From Blastocladiella emersonii ATCC 22665 (taxonomy: Eukaryota > Fungi > Blastocladiomycota), in contig JANHCV010000004.1 in NCBI GenBank assembly GCA_025594325.1, positions 1,612,001 to 1,676,000 of the forward strand: DNA of 64,000 bases. Reading direction: 5' to 3'. The position numbers and the translations under genes are program-made. The notes beneath the pieces were generated by a model. It worked only from the letters and a program-made list of their open reading frames with translations, was not told where the DNA came from and made no database searches. Of this stretch, positions 35,316-46,043 are shown piece after piece; position 1 is the first letter of the stretch, and each line of letters begins with the position of its first letter.

Positions 35316-35627
35316 GGCAGCAGGGAGAGCGGTTGCGGGCCGGATTTGAGAGCGCGGCCGACTGAATGATCGGCGGGCGAGGCGGGTCGAAAATGAGTCG
35401 CAAGGCCTCACGTGCGGCGGTATTGCCGCTTGCGACCAAAGTGCGACGCGGCGAGCTCGCGGGGCTAATCTCGCAGCCAATCTCGCAGCGAAATCACCGC
35501 TCATTCCTCCGCTCGGCCGCCCGCTCGGAAAAAATGCCAAGCACCGCTCGCGCGCTTCCCGCTCACCTCATGTTCACCTCCCTCGTCGCTCAGCTCCCGC
35601 AGAAAATTAATACATGTAAACGCAGCT

Positions 35628-36780
35628 CTATGCAAAGTAAATGTCTCGACCCGACCCTGTTGGCACTCCCTCAGCACCTCGATCGAAGGTCGCCCTCCGC
35701 TCGTGCGGGCGCCAGCCGCGCGGCGACGGTCCCAATCTACGACGGGGGCGCCTACGACGGGGGCGCCTACGCATGGATGGAGATAATGTCGGGTGAAGGG
35801 GAACGTGCGTGGGAGTAGTTGATCTTCGTCGGGGGCCCGCGCTCGCGGCCGAGAGAATGTCAGGCGATGCGGCGCGCTTAGGCGTGACGATGCGCTCGCG
35901 TACGAAGACCACACCGGGCGTCACCGCGCGCTCACAGACGAAGGTGATGCCCTCGTCGACGGCCGCGGCCTCGCGCGCAGGCGGGTCGTTCGGCTGCGAC
36001 GCGACCGCTGCGCGTCGTCACGCTGGGCCAGACTCGTCCGCGTCGTTGACCGCAGCGGCCTCGCGCGCAGCAGTCGCCGCCCAACGACGCGACCGCTGCG
36101 CGTCGCCACGCTGGGCCAGCGGCAGCGCGCCTCAAACGCCGTACAGGCCCGCGTGTTGCTTTATGCTTCTGAGGCCGTGTGCGATCTCGGTCTTGTTGTA
36201 GATGAGGAAGAAGAACTGGTCCAGCGCGGTGAAGATTGTGTTCTCGCCCGCGTGCTCAGACACGGCCCCCAAACAGCGACGAGCCGAGGCGGGCTCGCCA
36301 AACTCTTCGCCATCAAGCAGATCGACATCACGACCATCGCCGTCGTTGAGGCCTGGAAGCGGGCGGAACCTACGCCGCGTTAACGCGTAGTCGCTTGAGG
36401 GGGCGGTATCTGTGGTTCGTTCGCCGCTGGCGCGACTCAGCGACGCAAGAGTGCGTGCGTTGTTAAACGAGAGCGAACGGTACAACGAGCTCGTCGTCGT
36501 CAAGGTACACGACGCGAAACGCGAATGTAAGCCGCGCTGAGGCTGACGCGAGGAGGAAGCGTGAGATCGCGCCGTTCGGAGTAAGTGCGGGCGAAGTTGA
36601 GCCCGCAGGCGGCCTCGGCTCGAAGCACGTCAGTTGCGTAACAAACTTGGCCTCACTGTCAACGGCGACCCATGAGCCGGCGTGGATGCGCGCGTCTTGG
36701 CTGTTCGGGTCAACCGCGAAGCGAGGCAGTGGCAAAGCCGCGGGAGGAACGTAGCGCCGATCAGAGGCAGCGGAGGACAC
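35628..36780 (-). CDS. Possible multi-exon orphan or degenerate gene of unknown function
   Basis: Three overlapping minus-strand ORFs with protein-like blocks (GSWVAVD..FAFRVVYLDDDEL; IFTALDQFFFLIYNKTEI; GITFVCERAVTPGVVFVRE) and some splice-like signals. I could not build a consistent model. Confidence 0.3.
35737..35771. repeat. 15-bp tandem repeat, 2.3 copies
   Basis: CTACGACGGGGGCGC twice, plus CTACG. Confidence 0.9.
35965..36119. repeat. Imperfect tandem duplication, unit about 88-90 nt
   Basis: A 35-nt block at 35997 and 36085 (1 mismatch) and a 16-nt block GCGGCCTCGCGCGCAG at 35965 and 36055. Confidence 0.85.
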
Positions 36781-38530
36781 TGTGGAAGCGACAAGTTATG
36801 TTACGGCTGCCCCCAAGCCAGTGTTCTGCTCCGAGGGCGGAGGGTGGCCGCGACAAACAAGGAGAGCCGGCGAAGTCAGCGGCTCAGCGGTGTGGGGGGC
36901 GAGGGCCCGCTTAGGCGCCTGTCGTATATATGCGATGCATGGTTTCAAATCGATTTATTGACACGTTGCTGGGGGAGAGAGAACACGCCAGCACTTGGGC
37001 TTTGGCGGAGGAGAGCGGCCGCGACGCGTCGCCGGCAGCGGGGTGAGGTGGAAATCAAGCCCACGTGAGTGCGAGATCAGCTGCGAGGTGGGCCCACCCG
37101 GCGCATTTTGGCTGCAAACGACAATATCCAGAAGGCCGCGCGGTGACGCACTCAGAAGGGGCGCGCTTCTCCCTTCCCCGCGCGCATGTTCGCGTTCGCG
37201 TGGGCCCCGCGCGGCCAAAAGGAGCGTGGGAACGGCGTTACTGGAACTTCATTAACGTTTTCTGCCGGCCGGCCGCAGCAGCAGGACGGGTTTCCTTCGT
37301 GCGCGCGCGGGTGGAGCCAGCGGGGCACGACCGGCGCGACGGCCAGAGCGGAGCGAGCAGGGATCCTGGCGGCCATCGCCCTGGCCATCGCCTCGAGGTC
37401 GGCCGCCCGACGACGCCGACTGGACCCGCGAGCAAGCCCGCAGCGGCAGCGCAGCGGCGCGTACGCGCACCACGTTTATGCAAGCGGGAGAAGCGGGGTC
37501 GGGGGCGGGAGCGGAGCGGATCAGGCGGCGACCCGACCGCCGATGGGAACGAGGTCAAGCAGCCCCGGCCGCGGCCGCCTTGCGTGATCGCCCACCCATC
37601 TTTGCCTGTTACACGGGCGCGACGCTGGGCACGGCCAGGGCGACTGCTGTTTCTTTCTCTCCCACGGGGCGCCCTGCAAGGAGTTGACCGAGGCCCACCG
37701 GCGACGAGAAAGCGCGACGATCGCACCGCCGCCGACCTTGTCTGCGAGTGCGAGTGAACCTCACCGAGTTCTCGAGGGTGCGTCCATTGCGACCATGGCC
37801 GCGGCCACGGAGCCGAAGCGTAAAAGTTTGCGGCGTCCCAGTGTCCGAATCCAGCACCCTGCCTGCCTGCCTGCTTCACTCGCCAAACCGGCCAGTGCCC
37901 GCTCGCTCGCTCTCCTCTCCCCCTCTCCCTCCCCCGCGGCCCTCTCTCCCTCCCGCGACCACTCTCCATGCACTGACCTGGCCTAGTCCTGCTCCGTATC
38001 AACACTCTGCGCGCGTCGTGTCCGGGCTGCCGTGTGATCGACCACGACTGCGCCCCTGCTGCGCCCTTCCCGCTGCTTCAACCTAGCCCTCGGACCTCCC
38101 TGCCTCTTGCAGTCGCCCCTCTGCAGTCGCACGCTCTCCATCTACGCCAGCATCATACGGCTCCGTGCACGACTGCGTGCTCCCAACCCCCTGCAACCTG
38201 CTGCAGCTCGCGCCGCTGTTGCGCTCTCCTCGGCGTACGTGTCCCGCCCCGCCCAACTCCGCGGTATTTATACGACCGCTGCTCCCTGCCCTCGACGACT
38301 GTTCTCTCCCTGCCGCTCGTCTGCCCGCCTCTGCGTCCGCAAATAGTGGTCGGGTCGGGTCGGCAGTCGGCGAGGAGGTCGATGGCGAGCGAGGGCTCCC
38401 CTCGCGGCTCAGCGCCTTCCTCTTATATTACGCCCTCCTAGTGGCCTGCCCCCATCACTCTCTGCTGCAGCGGATCGCTCACGCTCCCCCGTGCGATCCT
38501 CATAGTCCATCGCCCGCCACCACCATCGCC

Positions 38531-41332
38531 ATGCTCGCCTCGGCCGTCGAGCCGGCGTCGCCCACGTCGCCGACCGCCGCCACGGCCGCCGGCGCCCTCG
38601 GCCGCACGCTGGCCCCGCTCTCGCTCTCGTCGCTGCCGCCGCTGCCGCCCTCGGCCCCGCCCAGCATCGCCGCCATGAGCCCGAGCGCCTTCAGCTCGTT
38701 TGGCGGCAGCAGCTCGGGGTCGCGCACCCGGTCCAACAGCTCCGTGTCCTTCTCGGGCCTCTCCAACGCCGGCACCATCGTCGGCCCCGCCTCGGGCTTC
38801 CCGAGCCCCGTCAGCAGCCACTACAGCTCGGCCAGCTCGGGCAGCAGCAGCACCCGCTCCTCCGGTGACGGGTCTGGGTCCGTGCAGCTTGCCTCGGCGC
38901 CCGGCAGCACGGGACCTAAGCCGTCGTCGTTGCTGCAGCGCCGCGCCTCGCGCTCGCTGTCGCTGTCGCTGCCGACGTCGCCGCTCTTCGACTTTGACCC
39001 GACCGATGCGCCCATGATCTCGCCGTCGCTCTACGCCCCGACGCTCATCGCCGCCAACCTGTACCTCGGGTCGCAGCAGTCGCTGCGGTACCTGCGCGGC
39101 GTCGGCCACACGCTGCGGCACCCGACGGCGCTCCCGCCGCCGCCGCCGTCGATTGCCGTGCTCAACGTGGCCGAGGAGCTGCCGCCGCTGTCGCCGCGGA
39201 CCGCGCAGGCCAACCACGCGCACCACTACCTGCACCTGCCCATGTCGCACGCCCCGCACCTCGCCGACCACCTGCCCGCGGCGCTCAACTTCATCGAGAC
39301 CCACCTCGCCGCCGGCCGCACCGTGCTCGTCCACTGCATGTGCGGCGTGTCGCGGTCCGCCGCCGTCGTGCTCGCGTACCTCATGTGGAAGGTCCGCTGG
39401 GGCTTCCGCACCGCCTACGAGCACGTCCGCACCCGCCGCGCCATCTCGCCCAACATGCACCTCGTGTGCCAGCTCGTCGAGTTCGCCATGGACCTCGACC
39501 TGCCCACCGACGAGCCCGCCACGGCGCCTGGCACCCCGCCGCTCGGCCACCGCACCTCGGTCGCCTCGTTCGCGTCGACCATGTCGTCCGTCTCGCTTGG
39601 CGGCAGCGCCGTCGGGGAGCCCGAATCGGCCGCACCCATGCTCGACCCCGTCTCGCAGGCCGTCGCCGTCGCCACGGCCGCCGTCCACGCCGCGCACGCG
39701 CGCGCCGCGTCCGAGGCCGGCTCGCCCATCGGCAGCCCCATGTTCTCGGCCGGCCTGCCGCCGCCGCCGCTCTCGGCGCCCGCGCTCTCGTCGGCCGCCC
39801 CGCCCGCCGAGTTTGTCCAGTCGCCGCACGTCGTCCCCGACCTGTACGGCACCTCGCCCAGCGTGCACATCGCGCCCCCGCCACTCGCGGTGCCGTCCCA
39901 CGCCGGTGGGCCGCCGTTCCGCCGCCTGTCGTCGGCGGCGACCGGACACCACCATCACCAGTACGGGCCGGGGATGTCGCCCGTCGGCACCCCGCCGCTC
40001 GGCGCGCGGTTCCTGGCCCGGTCCGCGTCCATCTCGTCGCTCGCGTCCGTCGCGTCCTCGGTCGCGTCCGTGCTCTCGTCCGCCAGCGCCGCGCTCGCGA
40101 GCCCGCGGTCCGCCGCGATGCTCGACGCGTTCCCGCTGACCGACCCGGATCTCCTCGCCGCGTCGCGCGGGGGTGCGAGTAACGCGCCGGGCACCGCTAC
40201 GACGACGACCACGACCACGAGCTCGGTTAACGGGTCGACCACGACCACCACCACGCGTCCGCGGTCTCGGTCCAACCCGACGCTCCCGTCGCGCCCGTCG
40301 TCGCCCGCCTCGACCACCTCGCACACCACGCCGCCCATGCTCGCCACGATCCCCGACGTCGTCATGGCCGAAGCCATGCCCGCGCTCGCACTCAAGTCGC
40401 CGCTCGCGACCAGCCCGCGCGTCGGGTTCGGGAGTGCCGGCGGGCCCGCGGTCCCCGCCCTCGCCCCCGCACCGCTCGGCCGCGCGCGCCGCGGGTTCGT
40501 CCCGCCACGCATCCAGACCAATTTCGGGGCTGCGCGCGGTGGGCTCGGGCTCGGCGGGCTCGCGTCCGCGCCCGTCGCCGCCAACTCGATCCCGTTCCCG
40601 TCGCTCGCGTCGGCCGCGCCCGTCGAGAACGCGCCCGTCCTCCCGCCGCCACCACCACCGCCGGCCGTCGCCGGGGCAGGAGCGGGTCCGCGCGGCGGTG
40701 CGCCCGGAGGCCTGCTGCTGGCCAGCGGGTTCTCTTCGAGCGCGAGCGCGAGTGTGTCGCCACAGCTGCCCGTCCTCGTCCTGCACCCGCAGTCCCCGCA
40801 CCAGCCGAGCTTCACGCTCGTCGCGTCGGACCCGCCGCCGTCGCCGCACCCGATGACGATGATGATGGCCGTCGACGCGCCGCCGCTCAGCCCCATGTTC
40901 CCGCCACCGCCGCCGCCACCGGCATCGTCGGCCGAGGACGCGGACTCGGCGGCCGCGGACGTGCGCAGCGTGCACCGGTTCCGCGCGCCGGCGGCGGGCG
41001 GGCTCCGCGGCCGCCGGCCGTCGCTGCTCCAGCAGGCCACCATGAACGGGAAACCATTACCGCCGCTCCCGCCCACGCCGACGTTTCCGCCATCCGTTTC
41101 CGCTGCTCCCGCCGGGCTGGCCCCGGCCGTCGGCGGCGGGCCGACCGCGTGGGGCTCGACGGCCGGGTGGGGCGAGTGTCCGACGCCCACGGCCGCCGGG
41201 TTCCGCGGGTTCTTTGCCGAGGGCGGCGCTGACGACGACGACGATAGCGACCTGCGCAGCGCCATGGACGTGGTCCAGGTCACCGAGTCGGCGTCGTCGC
41301 AGGAGGACGGCAGCGAGGCCATGGTCGTGTAG
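38531..41332 (+). CDS. Dual-specificity (MAP kinase) phosphatase, Msg5/Sdp1/Pmp1-like, 933 aa
   Basis: NLYLGS, VLNVAEE, VLVHCMCGVSRSAAVVLAYLM, ISPN. Docking-motif-like LQRRASRSLSLSL upstream. Confidence 0.9.
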   Translation: MLASAVEPASPTSPTAATAAGALGRTLAPLSLSSLPPLPPSAPPSIAAMSPSAFSSFGGSSSGSRTRSNSSVSFSGLSNAGTIVGPASGFPSPVSSHYSSASSGSSSTRSSGDGSGSVQLASAPGSTGPKPSSLLQRRASRSLSLSLPTSPLFDFDPTDAPMISPSLYAPTLIAANLYLGSQQSLRYLRGVGHTLRHPTALPPPPPSIAVLNVAEELPPLSPRTAQANHAHHYLHLPMSHAPHLADHLPAALNFIETHLAAGRTVLVHCMCGVSRSAAVVLAYLMWKVRWGFRTAYEHVRTRRAISPNMHLVCQLVEFAMDLDLPTDEPATAPGTPPLGHRTSVASFASTMSSVSLGGSAVGEPESAAPMLDPVSQAVAVATAAVHAAHARAASEAGSPIGSPMFSAGLPPPPLSAPALSSAAPPAEFVQSPHVVPDLYGTSPSVHIAPPPLAVPSHAGGPPFRRLSSAATGHHHHQYGPGMSPVGTPPLGARFLARSASISSLASVASSVASVLSSASAALASPRSAAMLDAFPLTDPDLLAASRGGASNAPGTATTTTTTTSSVNGSTTTTTTRPRSRSNPTLPSRPSSPASTTSHTTPPMLATIPDVVMAEAMPALALKSPLATSPRVGFGSAGGPAVPALAPAPLGRARRGFVPPRIQTNFGAARGGLGLGGLASAPVAANSIPFPSLASAAPVENAPVLPPPPPPPAVAGAGAGPRGGAPGGLLLASGFSSSASASVSPQLPVLVLHPQSPHQPSFTLVASDPPPSPHPMTMMMAVDAPPLSPMFPPPPPPPASSAEDADSAAADVRSVHRFRAPAAGGLRGRRPSLLQQATMNGKPLPPLPPTPTFPPSVSAAPAGLAPAVGGGPTAWGSTAGWGECPTPTAAGFRGFFAEGGADDDDDSDLRSAMDVVQVTESASSQEDGSEAMVV

Positions 41333-41455
41333 GCTTCATTCATCATCTCTTGGCGTGTCCCTCCCCCCTCCCTCACCATCGACTTCTTTACTCTGCTCTC
41401 TCGCTTGCAAGTCTTACCTTCCACAAACCCACCCCGCATCGTGTATTTATACAAT

Positions 41456-44400
41456 TCAATCCTTCTTTTCCTCCTCGGCCTGCTTGTTCTTGCCGTTGCC
41501 GCCGTTCTTCTTCGACTTGTTTCCGCCCGCCTCAATATCGAACTTGACCCATGACGGAGGCACGGGCGCGTACCCGCGCAGCACCGCGTCGACGACGACG
41601 GGCCGCGGGAGCACGAACCGGTGCACGACGTCCTCGCCCGACTCGGTCGGCGTCGTCGTCGCCGCCGCTGCTGCCGCTGCCGCCCACAGCCCGTTCGCCT
41701 CGACCGCCTGCACCTCCTCGCCGAGCGCCGCCGTGACGTGCATCGCGCGCCCGACCAGCGCGAGCCGCGCGTCGGCGACGATGTCGAGCGGGGCCGCCGG
41801 GTGCGGCGCGATCGCAGACACGCCAAACGCGGCCACGCGCGAGTTCCACCGCAGCTCGCTGAGTGTCACGCGTGCGAGTCGCGTCGACGGATCCGGCAGC
41901 GTCGCGATCGTCGACGCGAGGTCCGCGGCGAGCGCCTTAAGCGCGTCGGCGTGCGGGTGCGGCGGCGGCGGCGGGGCGGGGGCCGCGGGAGCAGCGGGTG
42001 CGGGCGCGGGGACAGCGGGGCTCGAGGTCTCGGTCGACGCGGCGGGAGCTGCTGCTGCCGCGGTGGTGGCGGCGGTGGGGGCGGCGGTACCCCGCTCCAA
42101 AGCAGGAGCAGGAGCAGCGGCGGCGTCAGCAGCGGCGGCGGCCGAGCTCTTGCCCTTGCCCTTGCCCTTGCCCTTGCCCTTGCCCTTGCCCTTGCCCTTG
42201 CCCTTCTCTGCCTTGGCGGCCTTGGCCTTGGCCTTCTCCGCCTTGGCCTTCTCCGCCTTGGCCTTCTCCGCCTTGGCGCGGGCCTCGAGGATCGCAGGGG
42301 GAAGCGGCGGCGCGGGGTCCTCGGGCAGGTCGTTGGCGTGGATCAGCGTGACGTGCAGCTCGTCCGTCTTGAGCGTGAGCGACGGCGGGAGCGTGCCGTC
42401 GGGCACGCCGGCGAGCGCCAGCGCGTCCGCCGCGAGGAGGTTCGTGTCGGTCGCGGGCACCGCGCCGCCGTCGCCGCTGTCGTCCTTGGTCTCGAGGAGG
42501 TGCAGGCCGACGAGCGTGAGGCACGCAAGCGCGCGGCGGGGCTTGATGCGGGGCTTCGCGTTTCCCTTGCGCCAGGACGTGTCGACGGTGGGCGAGCCTG
42601 CGCCGATCTGCAGGATGAGCTCGTGCAGGGCCTGGCGGTGCGGGAGCGGCGCCCAGTCGCGCGTGGCCTCGGGCGCGATGCGGCGGAGCGCCTTGTGCAG
42701 CGTGGCGGCGTTGGTCGTGGACGGCGCGAACGTGTCGAGCGTCACGACGTGCACGCGGTCCTTGGCGAGCTCGGCCTCGACGGCGGGGTCGAGCACCGTG
42801 TGGCCCTCGGGGATGATGTGGGCGGCGGCGACCTCGTCGTCGGTCAGCTCGTCGCGCTCGTACACGAAACTAGCAACGACGCCGGCGAGCGCGTCACCCG
42901 TCTTGCCGGGCGTGAGCGACTGGTGGTTCTCACCGCGCGCGAGGATGCGGCGCATCGTGTGCGCGAACACGGCGTCGCGGCGGTCGACGGGGACCGGCCA
43001 CACGGCGAACACGATGCGCGTGTCCGGGTACACGTCGCGGATGCTGGCGACGAGCTCGTCGCGCAGGTCGCGAATGTGGTTGTTGCGGTCGGCGAACACG
43101 ATCGAGTGCGTGGCGAGCTTGCCGAGCACGTCGCGGTCGAACGGCCGCTGCCCGCTCGCGTTGGCGCCCTTGTTCTTGATGTTGTCGTTCTGCACCTCGC
43201 TGAACGCGTCGGGGTACAGCTGCGAGAACAGGCGGCCGATCGTCGACTTGCCCGCGCCGACCGTCGCGACGGGGATCACCACGGTGCGCCCGCGGCCGCG
43301 ATACTCGTTGACGTGGACCCCGGACTCGGCGAGGAACAGGTCGCGCACGGCAATGATGCCGATGTTGTCGAGGTACTTGTCGAACAGCGCCGGGTGCGAC
43401 TCGAGCTTCTGCTTGACCCACTCGAGGTACTTGAACGACATGAAGTGCTTGGGCTTGAGCACGGGCTCCTGCTTCATGGCCGCCTCGGCATCAGCAAGCT
43501 CCTTCTTAATCTTGACCAGCGCGCCGCACAGGACCTCGTACGCTCCATGGGCCTGCTGCGCAAGAAGCTTCTTGGGCGAGGACAGCTCCTCCACCGGAGT
43601 AGCCGGGGCAGCGCCCGTGTCCTGCGACTCGGCGGCCTTGGTCGGCGAAGCGGCGGGCGACTGCGACTCGGACACCAGGTCGGCTGGTGACTCGGGCTGC
43701 TGCTCCTGCTTCTGCTCCTTGGCCAGCGCCGCCATCTTGCGGGCCTCCTCCTCGGCCGCGCGCTTGGCCAGCTCCTGTTCGCGGGCCTCCTCCTCCTCGG
43801 CCTCGAGCTTGGCCTGCTCGAGCTGCAGCTTGGCCTGGTCCATGCCCGCCTCGATCAGCGCGAGGCCGCCGGTCGCCTCCTTGACGCGCTTGGCGGCCTT
43901 CAACTTGGACTTGAGCAGGTCCTTGGTCAGCTCGCGCCACTCGCGGTACAGGTGGTACGGCTGGCGGTACTTGTACTTGGCCATGGCGGCGGCACCCGTG
44001 GACGCGTCCGTGTAGCGCAGCACGTAGCCCTCGATGTCGCGCGCGCCCTCCTCGTTGATGACGGGGTTGCTGCGGGCGTAGTTGAGCATATCTGTGCAAA
44101 ATAGCAGCGAGCCGTGTCAGTGCTTGGCGCGCGAACAAAATGAGAAATTAGTGCGGACGTACCGTCAAACGAGGCGAACTCAATCATCTTGACGAGGTGG
44201 AACCCAAACGCCTCGGCGACGCGCGGCATCTCGGCGGCGGGGACCGGGTTGAACCCGATGGTGTTGTAGTTGAGGCCGTGCAGCCACAGGCCCGACAGCT
44301 CGGGCGGGTAGGCGAGGACGTGCTCCTCGAACGAGTCGTCGGCGAGCTCGAACACGGCCGTCACGTTGTTGACGTGCAGGAACGAGGCGAGGTCGGCGGT

Positions 44401-45480
44401 GGTCCGGCCGACGCGCGCGAGGTGCTTGTCGAGCCACCGGCGTCCCACCTTGGCGTGCTTGGACGTCAGCGAGTGCTTGGACGTCACGAGCACTGTGGAC
44501 GAGTCGAGCGCCGCAATGTAGATGATGCAGCCGTTCTCCTTGACGGTGGCGTGGAACGGGCCCGTGGCGTGCTCGCGCAGGTGCGCCAGCGTCGTCGCGG
44601 GCGTCTGCCCGATGTTGAAGAACTTGTCGTACCCGCGCACGACGACCTCGTAGTCGTTGATGTCGACGGGCTCGACCTTATTGGGCTCGGTGGCAGCGGT
44701 CTCGCCCTCCTTGGTCGCATCGGGGGCGGCCTCGGCCGCGACGGCGGGCGCGGGATCGGTGGATGCCGAGTTGACGGGTGCAGGATCAGCAACTGCAGGA
44801 TCGACGGGCGCTGGGATAGCACGCGTGAAGAGCCCGCGTGCGGCGAGCGGGAGCGTGGGCTTGAGGTAGGCCTTCTCCTCGATGTGCCACGCGACGAGCG
44901 TCGTTAGGCTGTCAGGCGGCGACGAGCCCTTACCCGAAACCGTGAAGGCATTGAAGCGGACGTTGTTGCGCAGGAACTCGAAGGCGGGATCGCGCTCGAG
45001 CCCGCGGATCACCTCCTCGTCGCACTCCTTCTCCCCGGCCGCGTGGAGCGCAACGCGCTCCGCCTTCAACAGCTTCTTGCCGTTGGATGCAGTTGACGAC
45101 GTAGGCGACGAGGAGCGGCCGCCGTCGGCGAGTGGCGGGGTCGAGGGCGAAGCCGAGGCGTTGCCGCTGTCGTCGGTTGGCGACGGCGTCACTCGACGGT
45201 CCTCGCTACGGCGGCACGCCGCGACGAGGCGGCGGACCATGGCGGTGGTCCGTACGCGCTCCGCGGCCCAGTCGAGCTTCGGGTCCGGAAGCGTGGGGAT
45301 CGCGGGAGCGGTAGGGGGCATGGTGTTGTTGTCGGGAGTGTCAGTGGTGGTAGTCGACGACGCAAAGGCACGGGCGGCGAGCACGGTGGTCGGTGGCCGT
45401 GCGGGGGACGGGGCCGAGCAAGTTGCGAGTAGTCGGGCAGGAGCGAGGCCGGGCACCCGCGCCAATTTAACGAGATACAT
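41456..45480 (-). CDS. TRL1: Fungal tRNA ligase (ligase-kinase-cyclic phosphodiesterase), about 1317 aa, intron 44092-44162
   Basis: LPLAARGLF, GYDKFFNIG, motif I TVKENGCII, FELAD..FEEHV, EGYVLR, KYKY..PY..YREWRE. Kinase P-loop GAGKST, ADRNNH and RGENHQSL. CPD motifs HVTL and HVTA. Confidence 0.93.
42149..42205 (-). repeat. (CTTGCC)9 coding microsatellite encoding (GK)9
   Basis: Nine perfect hexamers next to three 15-nt AEKAK units, inside the TRL1 CPD domain. Confidence 0.95.
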
Positions 45481-46043
45481 GGGGCGGCCGGTGCGCTGGA
45501 AGGGAGCCTGGACACCGGGGCACCGCGAGGAGAGGAAGGACGTGGATTCGAGTCGACACGTGACTCGACCACGCGTGGCGGACGCCGCGAGACGCGTCGC
45601 GCGAGACACTTTTTGTGGGCGTGGCCGCGGGCCGTAAACGTGGGCGCGGATGGCGTCAGCGCGCGGACAAAAAGTGTGAGGCATGGACTATCACATGCAA
45701 TCGGTCAGCGACCAAGTGCCGACTCGCGGGTGCGCGCAAAACTACGCGCAGGTCGCCTCGAACGCCTCCTCGACGAGCTGGCCCGCCGCCGCGACCCTTT
45801 GATTGGAGGCTCGGCTGAGCAAAGATCACGTTGGCTGTGCGAGACACGAGGCCTCATGGCCGGCCGAGAACTGCGCCTCCTCCGCCCCCTCTTCATGCAA
45901 CAGCACGACCACCAGCAGCGTCCATGACCGCGACGGCGCCTCGACTCCGTACATGAAGCACTCGCTCGAGGTCTTTGCGCCTTCTCCTCTCCCGACCCGG
46001 CGCACCCGCTGCCGCCGCATCCCGCACCGCCGCCACTACCACC

